A DNA stretch of 64,000 nt from assembly GCA_026936335.1 (NCBI GenBank), contig JAPMXV010000030.1, positions 186,001 to 250,000 of the forward strand, in the 5' to 3' direction. A program made the translations under genes and the position numbers. This document shows, one piece after another, positions 55,162 through 64,000 of this stretch (position 1 is its first letter; each line of letters opens with the position of its first letter). The notes under the pieces were generated by a model that was not told the origin of the DNA, did no database searches, and saw only the letters and a list, made by a program, of their open reading frames with translations. This DNA comes from Mantamonas sphyraenae STR306 (Eukaryota; Protista; CRuMs).

Positions 55162-55884
55162 TCACTCGTCCACCTTGGCCCGCTTCTCATCGCCGCCCTC
55201 GGGGCCGGCTCCCTCGTCCAGACCAGCCTCCTGCGCGTCACGCTTGCCCAGGCCGCGGATGCTAATGTCGTACAGCACCTCTTCGATCTTGCGCACGTCG
55301 TACTTGATCCCGTCAAACTTCTTGCGCAGAGCGTCGTTCTTCAGGTTCAGCAGCCGGAAGCCGCTGTACAGCCGGTTCACAAATTCAGCCACCCGCTTCG
55401 GCGTCTCGTAGTCGCCTGCAGTCACCTTGTTCACGCAGTACCGCGCCAGCTCCTTCGGCACCTGTGTCAACCCAATCAGGAACTCGTCCAGGTCCATGCG
55501 GAACCCGCCCAGCCACTCCTGCGTCTCTGCATCCGTCACCAGCCGGCCCTCTTTCAGCCACACCAGCAGCGCATACTGAAACACAACCGTCGACATAGTG
55601 TTGCGCCAATGGTTCTGGTACCGGTAGTACTCCTTTGCCTCAAACTTGCTCTCCAGGTTTGCAAAGCCTGCCTGCACGCCGTTCAGCAACGTCAACGCCT
55701 CCTCCACAACCTCCGCCTCCACCGCCGTCTCGCTGTGCAGACCCGCAAGCGCAAGCGACACCTCACGCGTCACCGCCTCGATCTCTCCCACCGCGTCTCG
55801 GATCTCCGTCCGCTTCTCCGAGTCTGCATCCAGCACAGACTGCGCACGTGCAAACAAGCTCTTGTCCTCGGCGCTGCTCGACAT
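55162..55884 (-). CDS. TSN: Translin
   Basis: [53 protein letters not shown]. Confidence 0.95.
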   Translation of the reverse strand: MSSSAEDKSLFARAQSVLDADSEKRTEIRDAVGEIEAVTREVSLALAGLHSETAVEAEVVEEALTLLNGVQAGFANLESKFEAKEYYRYQNHWRNTMSTVVFQYALLVWLKEGRLVTDAETQEWLGGFRMDLDEFLIGLTQVPKELARYCVNKVTAGDYETPKRVAEFVNRLYSGFRLLNLKNDALRKKFDGIKYDVRKIEEVLYDISIRGLGKRDAQEAGLDEGAGPEGGDEKRAKVDE

Positions 55885-55891
55885 TGTTCCA

Positions 55892-56855
55892 ATGTTCCGC
55901 CGTGCGCACGCCCCGCTCCGCGCAAACGCACACGCACACGCTCACTCCCAGCAAGTAGGAAACAAGCTTGCAATCCCGGGTGTCAAGCACATCGTCGCCG
56001 TCGCCTCGGGAAAGGGCGGCGTCGGCAAGTCCACAACAAGCGTCAACCTTGCCGCCGCCCTCAGCGCCACAGGCCGCGCCGTTGGCCTCCTGGACGGCGA
56101 CGTCTACGGCCCTTCTCTCCACCGCATGATGAACCTCAAATCCAAACCAGAGGCCGAAGGAGGTGCGTGTCCCACCCGCCGCCATCCCCACAACTCTCCG
56201 CGCCTCTCACACCCAACATCCCAACCCCCCCACACACACACCAACAGACAAGATGTTGCCCCTCGTCAACTACAACATCAAGGTCATGAGCATGGGCATG
56301 CTCGTAGACGAAGACCAGGGCATCGTGTGGCGCGGACCCATGCTCATGAACATGCTCGAACAGCTCCTCTTCAAGGTCCAATGGGACCCTCTCGACTACC
56401 TTATTATTGACCTCCCTCCCGGCACCGGTGACGCACAGCTCACTCTCTGCCAGCGTGCCTCTCTCGACGGCGCCCTCATCGTCTCCACTCCGCAAGACAT
56501 TGCCCTCATCGACGCCGTCCGCGCCACAGACATGTTTGCCAAGATGAGCGTGCCCGTCCTGGGCCTCGTCGAGAACATGAGCTTCTTCCACTGTCCCAAT
56601 TGCGACCACGAGTCCCACATCTTTGGCCATCACGGCGCCAAGAAGCGAGCCCACGACCTCGGCCTCGACTTTCTCGCTGAACTGCCCCTCAGCCAGGACA
56701 TCTGCACCACCTCTGACCAGGGACGTCCCATTGTCCTTTCCCAGCCAGACTCTCCCGCTGCCCACGCCTACCACGCACTTGCCGCAGGCGTCATTGCCAA
56801 AGTCGAGGACGAACCCGCACGCAAGCCTGCCCCACGCATTACCATCGAAGACTAG
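55892..56855 (+). CDS. NUBPL: Mrp/NBP35-family Fe-S carrier ATPase, Ind1/NUBPL type (intron ~56163-56247)
   Basis: [60 protein letters not shown]. Confidence 0.88.
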
Positions 56856-56961
56856 ACCCGCTTGGACTGCACCTTTCCCTTGTTGTGAATTGCTCACCAA
56901 ATGCAAAGTGCAACATTGCTGTGTCCTCTCCCCGCTCCGCTCCCCGTCCCAACCCAACACC

Positions 56962-57858
56962 ATGTCCACTCCACCCCAACGCAAGCGCAAACGCCCTCCT
57001 CCGTCTCCGTCTCCTTCCACATCCTCCACCTCCTTCACACCCGTCGTCGACACAAAACGCGCTCGTGTTTCCGAGGTGATCATCCCCAAGAGCATGACCG
57101 CCGCCTCCAGCTCCTCCTCCTCCTCCTCCTCCTCCTCAACATCTCCAACCAGCCCATCCCAGGAAGACCCTTCCTCCCAAGACTCTCTCTTCCGCTCCAT
57201 CAGCTCTCTCTCTGTGCGCTCGCAGCCTTCCCCAATGTCCGAGATCCTCCTTGATCTCACCCAGCACGCCGCACCCAGCACCGTCACCGCCCCGACCGCT
57301 TCCACAACCGCCGTTTCCTCCTCTTCCTCTTCTTCTTCCTCCTCCTCCTCCTCCTCGCCAAAGCCCTCCACCTCAAGCCCCACGCCACGCAAGCGCAGGT
57401 TCCGAAGACACACACTCTTTTTCCTCCGCACAGGCCCCAAGCACCTCCTCCCGGTCTCCCTGGTCCTGTCTGACGTCAAATGGTTCAGCAACACCCACTT
57501 CCACGAGCTCCTCGCCCTCCTCCACGACCTTCTCCTCCAGCAGAGCACCGCCGACCCAAAGTCTCGAGCAAAGTCCAAGCTTCCCACCTCGCCTCACGAC
57601 ACCCTGCCCACCATCAAGGGCCCAAACCTTCATTTCCAGTACCTCTACGCAGACTCTCCCAACATGCTCTGCGTCGAACCGCCCCTCCAGTCCACATCCT
57701 CCTACAACTCGCTCATTGTCACTCGCCGAACCCTCCACCTCTTTGTTCGGCCCATCTCCTCTCCGTTCCCCACACCTCGCGCTCCCTCTGTGCGCGCAAG
57801 CACCCCCATTCTAGCTGCCATCGCTTCCTCCTCATCATCATCATCCTCATCCTCCTAA
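56962..57858 (+). CDS. Ser-rich protein with an SLX4IP(UPF0492)-like globular domain
   Basis: KWFSNTHFHELLALLHD..IKGPNLHFQYLY..LHLFVRP resembles the SLX4IP N-terminal domain; NLS-like RKRKR. Confidence 0.4.
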   Translation: MSTPPQRKRKRPPPSPSPSTSSTSFTPVVDTKRARVSEVIIPKSMTAASSSSSSSSSSSTSPTSPSQEDPSSQDSLFRSISSLSVRSQPSPMSEILLDLTQHAAPSTVTAPTASTTAVSSSSSSSSSSSSSSPKPSTSSPTPRKRRFRRHTLFFLRTGPKHLLPVSLVLSDVKWFSNTHFHELLALLHDLLLQQSTADPKSRAKSKLPTSPHDTLPTIKGPNLHFQYLYADSPNMLCVEPPLQSTSSYNSLIVTRRTLHLFVRPISSPFPTPRAPSVRASTPILAAIASSSSSSSSSS

Positions 57859-57864
57859 TCCTCC

Positions 57865-60800
57865 TCACGCGTCCACATTCGCCGGTTCCTTCCCATCCAA
57901 CCACCGCTGCCACACCTTGGTCAGCCCACGCTCAAACGCACGCACATACCCTTCCGTGTCAAACAGTGGGTTGTCTGCGGTGCGCTTCGACAGCATCTCT
58001 CGACGCAACGCCTGCAACGCCTCCGTGTCCGTCGCCAGCTTCACTGCAAGCTCCTCGTACTCCTCCAGATTCGACACAATCGTCGACGTCACACCATAGC
58101 TCTTCAGCAAGCTCGTGGCCACTCGACTGCTCATGCTCTCCATCGGCACCGTGATCATCGGCGTTCCGGCCCACAGAATGTCCGTGCCTGTCGTGTGCGC
58201 ATTGTACAGTCGCGTGTCCAACACAAGGTCCGGCAGTGCGCTACGCTCGCAAAACTCCTCGTAATCCACCACGTCTGTAAACACCAGCCGCTCGCGCCCA
58301 ATCCCTCGCTTTTGCGCTTCCGCCACAATCCGCGGCGTGCTGTACGGTGGGAATCGCAGCAGCCACAGCACAGAGTTGGGCACTCTCTTCAGGATGTTCA
58401 TCCACACCGTAAACAGGCCCGGATCTGACTTGTACAGCTGGTTAAAGTTGCCAAAAATGAACTTGTCGGTTGGCAACCCCAGCGCGGCCCGCGCCGCACT
58501 CACCGCACTCCTGTTTCCTGCGTACCGTTCCACAACCTCGCTCACATGGCCGTGCGTCTCTGCGTGGCTGTTCACCTGGTAGCAATGCGGCATGTACAGC
58601 TGTTTCTCCGAATACCATCGTGAACTCGCCTCGGGCACAATCACGCGGTCGCTCACCATGTAGTCGATGAACGACGCACCCGTCGTCCCCGGGTACCCCA
58701 GCTTGCTCATCATCACAGGTGCAGGGCGCAAAGACAGCATCTCCAGCTTCCCGCCCTTGCTGTGCCCATTCATCTCAATCAGAATGTCCACTCCGTCGTC
58801 CACAATCTTCTTGGCAGCCTCGTAGTGAGCCAGCTGGCTAATGTCCACCCACGCGTCCACAGACTCTTCGATGCGCTTTTGTACAGAGCTTCCGTCTCGC
58901 GGAAACACAGCATACACATACACCTCGAATCGTGTCCGGTCGTGCTTCCCAAACATCGCCTGAACAAATCGTCCCACGGGGTGTGACCCCAGGTCGCTGC
59001 TCACGTACCCGATGCGGATGCGTCCTCCACGCGCGCCCTGTTGGGTCGCACGCTTGGTCCGGTCAAATGTGAACGAAGGAAACCCTGCACTCTCCATCAA
59101 ACGCGCACTCTGTTCCGCATACCGCTTGTGAATCAGCAGAATCTCGTCCATGCCCATCGGATATGCAAACGTGTGGAACGGACGCACAGACGGGCGCTCC
59201 CCGCGGCTCTCTTGCTCCGCAATCATCGTGTGCATCTCCTCAAACAGCTCTTCTCGCGCCGTCCAGTTGCATACCTGCTGCAGGCAATGCACATAATCTC
59301 CAAACGCCTCGGGAAACTTTGGACGCAGTCTCAACGCATTCTCGTACTCCACAATCGCCTCGTCCATCCGATTGGCCTTTTCCAGCAGCTCCGCAAGGTT
59401 CTTGTACACCTCTGGAAACTCCCGCAGCGAGATGGCACGCCGATACGCACGCACTGCCTCCTCCTCCATTCCCTTGTCCATCAACACCGTCCCATAGTTG
59501 GACCACGACTCGGGGCTGTTCACGTTGATCTTCAGCGCTGCCTCGTATGCAGCCGCCGCCCCGTCCAAATCTCCAATGTCCTTCAGCACCGTGCCCAGGT
59601 CGTTTTGAGCTGCGGCCAGCCCAGGCTTCAGCGCAACCGACTTGCGCAGCAGCTCCATCGCCTCTTTGTACCTGTTCATGTCTGCGTACAGACTGCCCAG
59701 CGAATGGTACGCCTCTGCCAATTGCGGATTGGCCTCCAATGCCTTCTTGAACCCTTCCTCCGCCTCAGCCACCTTTCCTATTTGCTTCAGCATCAACGCA
59801 CGGTTGTACTGTGCCTCGGGATACCGCGGATTCAGCTCCACGGCACGATCGTACGCCACCAACGCCTCCTTGTCCCTGCCCAGCGCACGTAGCTGCACTC
59901 CCAGCTCGCTATGCAACGCTGGGTTGTTCGGTTCCACCTGAATCCCCTTCCGTAACGTCCTCAGCGCTCCCTGCGGGTCGTACCGAGCCTGCGCCAGCGC
60001 CAGGTTGTAGTACCCGTTTGCAAACCGCGGATCCAACTCCAGCGCCATCCCATAGTACTGTGCGGCCTTGCGATACCGTCCTGTGTTGAAGTACACCGTC
60101 GCCAGATTGTTGCTAGCCTGCATGAACCCAGGCTGAAGTTGCACCGCCCGCAGCAGCACTCGTTCCGCCGTCTCCCACTCCCGGATGTGGTCCAGACACT
60201 GGCCCAGGTTCACAAGCATCTCTGCCATGTTTGGCGCCAGTCTGCTGCCTTCCTTCAACTGTGTTCGTGTGTGTGTGTGCGTGTCCTCGCCCCTGATCAG
60301 CATTCCCTCCGTTTTCCTTTCTCGTCACCCTCCCCTCAGCCCCAACCTACCGGCGCCACAGCAGCCTCCAGCTGCCCCATGCTCATCATGCAGTATCCGA
60401 TGTTAAACAGGTACATCCCATTCGTAGGCGACCGCCTGTACAGCAGCGCAAAGCAGTGCAGCGCTTCACCAAACTGCCGTCCGTCTCGAAGCCTCTCTGC
60501 GCGTCGTCTGAACTCCTCACACCTGTGTCAGCCCTCGCTCCCTCTGTCACACCAGCCTCTGCCACACGCCACCTCCCCCCTCCCCCTCCTCTCCACGTAC
60601 GCCAGCTCAGCTTCTTCCTTCACTTGCCACGCCGGACACAGTGTCGGCTTCGTATCTGCCTCAAACACGAGCTTCTGCGCCTCAAACAGGGGCTTTTGAT
60701 TGTCCATGGCCGCCTGCTGTGCCGCCAGCGCCTCTGCACGCTGGGCTTCCGCCGCATTCCGCTTTGCTCGTGCTTCTTCGCGCTTCGCTTTGGCCTTGGC

Positions 60801-60926
60801 AGCTCCCTTCCGCGTGCTAGGTTTGCTCTCCGCCACTTGCGCCACAAGCAGCAACACCACGGCCAGCAAAGCCATTCTACGCATCCATACACCTTGTGTT
60901 ACAATTCCCAACGCGTCCATTTTCAT
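57865..60926 (-). CDS. OGT: TPR + GT41 O-GlcNAc transferase (OGT/SEC-type) with N-terminal signal/anchor (introns ~60600-60523, ~60351-60260)
   Basis: About 11 TPRs; RIGYVSSDLGSHPVG, NGHSKGG, RPAP..LGYPGTTGA, FNQLYK, LWLLRFP, YNAHTTGTDILWAGTPM. Confidence 0.88.
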
Positions 60927-60940
60927 CGCTCAACTCTCTC

Positions 60941-63900
60941 TCAGCCGCGCCGCACTCCGTTGCCCGCGTTTGCGCCGCTGCGGCGGCTCTTGCGCCGTGC
61001 TGCGGCCGCATCCTCCTTCGTCATCGTCGCCAGCGCGTTTAGATTCAAGAACGGACGGAAACTCGTGAAATCCTGTTCCTCCTTGGAACCGCCCTTGCCT
61101 GATGACCGCAGCATCATGTAGCTCATGTCGTCGTCACTGAGCTCGTCGTCATCCGACGGTGCCTCAAACAGCACCCGGATCAGCTGCCTGTCGCTCGAGT
61201 CCATCTCGTGCGCCGCCATGCTCGTCGAATCCATCCCCACTGCGCTTCCCATCCCGGCCACGCTCGATCGCCGCCTCGATCGCACCGACGAAGCGGCTCG
61301 TCCCTCGTGTGCAGAGTCCTCCTCGTCGCTGTCCGACGGAAACTCGTCCCCAAACTCCCGCAGCGACACAAAGTTGCTTGTGTCCGTCTCGTGCTCCGTG
61401 CTCGGCACATACAGTGGTCGCTGCGTCAGCAGAGTGTCCCATTCGATGTCTGCAAAGAACGCATGCGCCATCACCTCCTCCGGCCCATTTGCCCCCAGCC
61501 GCGTGTTCACATCCGGATCCAGCAACCGCGAAATCAGATCATGTGCCTCTCGGCTCATCTCTTCCGGCACACGCGGGTAAATGATGTCGCCCTGAAGGAT
61601 GTTCTCAAACACAGCCTCGGGCGTCTCGTCGCAGAACGGCGGGATGCCCACAATCAGCTCGTACAGAATAATCCCCACAGACCACCAATCCACAATCTTT
61701 CCGTGGCCCGTGCCCATCAGAATCTCCGGTGCGAGGTAGTCCGGCGTGCCCACGCAGCTGTATGGACGCTCTCGCCGTTCCATCCACGGCTGCTCGCTCG
61801 GCGAACGCGACAGCAACACTGCTCCGCCGCCTGCCACGCTGCTCAGTGCTCCTTCAAGCAACTCCCCGTGTCCAGACGTGCCTATCGACGATACACTCGG
61901 CCCAGCTGTGCTCAACGTCGACTCGGACGCTTCCGTGCTGCTGTCCACGCTCGCCATGCTTATGCTCGCAGTCATCCCGGCGCCCACTTCGTTCGTGCCG
62001 TTCCCAGCAACGCCGCCGCCCACATCCACGCTCTTGGCTGCACGCAGAAACGCACCGCCGCCTCCCGTCGCAGGTGTCACCGCTCCCGTCGTCTTCATAC
62101 CGCTCAGTGGCGTGTTGCTGCTCTCACGCCCAGGCACAACCAGGTGCGACAGTCCCGTGCGTCCGCTCCTTTCAAATTCCAGCTTGTTGTGTTTGTCAAT
62201 GATACCCTTGCGCGAGAGCCCAAAGTCCGTCAGCTTCACGTGGCCGTCCGCCCCAATCAGGATGTTGTCCGGTTTCAAGTCACGGTGCACAATGCCCTTT
62301 CCGTGCAGATACTCCAGCGCAAGCACCAGCTCTGCCACATACCGCTTCGCCACGTGCTCCTGCAACCGCCGCACCATTTGCAGCAGCGAAAACAGGTCTC
62401 CGCCGGGCATGTACTCCATCACCATGTACAGGTACTTCTTCGACTGGAACGAAAAGAACAGCTTCACCACATAGTGGTTGTCCGTGCTGATCATGATCTT
62501 CCGCTCAGCCTTTACGTGGCCCACCTGGTTCTTGCGCACCATCTCCTCCTTGCTCAGCACCTTTACCGCGTACACGTCGTCTGTGCGCACCTTGCGGCAC
62601 AAAAACACACGCCCGTACGCTCCCCGGCTGATTGGCTTCAGCACTGTGAAATCACGCACTCGCGGAGGTTTGATCACATCCCTGCGTCGTGCTCTTCGAC
62701 GTGACCGCCTACCACTGCTGCTGCTGCTGCTGCTACTGCTGCTACTGCTGCCAGTGCCCCTGTCCTTCTTGTTGTCGCCCCCCACACGTCCGTCCAGATG
62801 GATGCTCGTCTGCACAAACTGCAACGTTGTGATCGCCTTGCGCTTGCGCCTGCAAAGCTTCTGCACACGCGCAGCCACAAACCGCTGCGCCTTGTTCAGC
62901 TCCTCGTCCGCTGCAATCAGCCGCAACGATCGGATGCATTTTGTCATCTGTTTCGGCGCCTGCTCTGTGTTGTGACGCACACGACGCGCACGGCGCACCT
63001 GCGCCACAAGCATACGCCACGTCTCCACAGTGCGGCTCAGCAGCTTCTGCTCCTCTGATTCCTCCGTGTCCCGTGGCGAGTCTCGCCCGTCCTCTCTTTC
63101 ACCACTCACAGACGACGTCGTAGACGATGACATCGACGAAGACCGTGACTCATCCCCTCCTTCCTCTGACTGTTCCTCCAGCACAATCAGAGGTGTCTTT
63201 TGGCTCGGATCCCCTGCCCCCGGTGCCTCTGGGAACAGCAGGCTGTTGCCCAGCTGCTGCCGCTCCAGCTCGTGTATCTTGCTCTCCAGCTTGCGTTCAA
63301 TTACTTGCAGCTGCTGGTTACATGCAACCACTGCCAGCTGCGTCTTTTGCTCCGGCAGACACACTTTCACGTGCTCCAACACCTTTTCCGCAACCACCTC
63401 TTGCTCACACACGCGACACACGACCATCGGCTCACGCTCAAGTGTTGTCCCCGACCCACGTCGGCTGCCGCCTCCCTTCAACGCCCCGCGCGGGCTGTTG
63501 CGAGGACTGCGAGGCGACAACGCTCCCAGTACGGGGCTCTCCGAAGCAAACACTTCCGATGTCCCGCGTGTGATGGCAAGGGCGCTCGATCGCCGGCTTG
63601 CTGCATCCCCATCGTCATCCGCATCCATGGACGGCGACCCACGCACCTCGTGGCTCAATTTGCGTCCCCATGCAGAAACGCGGCTCACATCAAAGTCCAC
63701 CTCCTCCTCCAAATCTTCGTCCACGCTGTTCAAGCGGTTGGTGTTTGCCGACGCCCTGCGCAGCCCTTGTTGTTGTGCGTGCTTGCTCCTTGTTTTTTCA
63801 GTGCTCGTCGACCGCCCTCGCGAGTTGTCATCCACCTCAAAGTGCTGTCTAAGCGGCGTCTGCGGTGTGGATGGAACTTGAGCAGCCACAATGTCGCTCG

Positions 63901-64000
63901 TTCGCCGCGACAGCTTGTCGCTCTGCGATCCCTTCCCGTTCCTCTCTCGAGGGCTGTCGTCATCGCTTCTGTCGTCGTCGTCGCCCCACGGATGCTGGCT
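60941..64000 (-). CDS. Greatwall/MASTL-RIM15-IRE family AGC kinase (5' end beyond the window)
   Basis: KPISRGAYGRV, HRDLKPDN, DFGLS, a long insert before GTPDYLAPE, C2HC finger CRVCEQ..HVKVC, AGC C-tail. Confidence 0.9.
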   Translation of the reverse strand, partial: SQHPWGDDDDRSDDDSPRERNGKGSQSDKLSRRTSDIVAAQVPSTPQTPLRQHFEVDDNSRGRSTSTEKTRSKHAQQQGLRRASANTNRLNSVDEDLEEEVDFDVSRVSAWGRKLSHEVRGSPSMDADDDGDAASRRSSALAITRGTSEVFASESPVLGALSPRSPRNSPRGALKGGGSRRGSGTTLEREPMVVCRVCEQEVVAEKVLEHVKVCLPEQKTQLAVVACNQQLQVIERKLESKIHELERQQLGNSLLFPEAPGAGDPSQKTPLIVLEEQSEEGGDESRSSSMSSSTTSSVSGEREDGRDSPRDTEESEEQKLLSRTVETWRMLVAQVRRARRVRHNTEQAPKQMTKCIRSLRLIAADEELNKAQRFVAARVQKLCRRKRKAITTLQFVQTSIHLDGRVGGDNKKDRGTGSSSSSSSSSSSSGRRSRRRARRRDVIKPPRVRDFTVLKPISRGAYGRVFLCRKVRTDDVYAVKVLSKEEMVRKNQVGHVKAERKIMISTDNHYVVKLFFSFQSKKYLYMVMEYMPGGDLFSLLQMVRRLQEHVAKRYVAELVLALEYLHGKGIVHRDLKPDNILIGADGHVKLTDFGLSRKGIIDKHNKLEFERSGRTGLSHLVVPGRESSNTPLSGMKTTGAVTPATGGGGAFLRAAKSVDVGGGVAGNGTNEVGAGMTASISMASVDSSTEASESTLSTAGPSVSSIGTSGHGELLEGALSSVAGGGAVLLSRSPSEQPWMERRERPYSCVGTPDYLAPEILMGTGHGKIVDWWSVGIILYELIVGIPPFCDETPEAVFENILQGDIIYPRVPEEMSREAHDLISRLLDPDVNTRLGANGPEEVMAHAFFADIEWDTLLTQRPLYVPSTEHETDTSNFVSLREFGDEFPSDSDEEDSAHEGRAASSVRSRRRSSVAGMGSAVGMDSTSMAAHEMDSSDRQLIRVLFEAPSDDDELSDDDMSYMMLRSSGKGGSKEEQDFTSFRPFLNLNALATMTKEDAAAARRKSRRSGANAGNGVRRG

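Overview
A GC-rich, very gene-dense eukaryotic window. It has short GT-AG introns with CTRAC branch points, and a flagellar outer-arm dynein LC4 gene implies a flagellated protist. About 29 genes are present, mostly housekeeping: multi-PHD, two-pore channel, CH/SH3, FAM98, IQ-repeat, PWWP-TFIIS, RPAC1, LRR proteins, BCL7-like, TMEM19, BLOC1S4, NDUFS4, dynein LC4, SERINC, translin, NUBPL/Ind1, OGT-like and a Greatwall/RIM15 kinase. Two intronless accessory islands stand out. (1) 8.4-14.3 kb: a giant (~1,890 aa) ORF, split by a 1-nt indel in a Ser microsatellite, whose C-terminus carries the three motifs of a Fanzor1/TnpB-type RuvC nuclease with the rearranged catalytic Glu. It has a candidate terminal inverted repeat and a hairpin-rich 3' region (candidate omegaRNA). 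(2) 29.3-42.1 kb: an operon-like cluster of a ~60-repeat ankyrin protein, two paralogous 2-TM proteins coupled by an ATGA overlap, and a cGAS/DncV-like nucleotidyltransferase fused to highly conserved ankyrin repeats. A divergent gustatory-receptor-like 7TM channel lies next to it, so this may be a eukaryotic CBASS-like immune module. Also notable are a bacterial-type sugar N-formyltransferase that has gained an intron and an OGT-family enzyme with a signal peptide. At least five genes are frameshifted at simple repeats, which suggests assembly indels. All family calls come from motif recognition by eye; no database searches were run.
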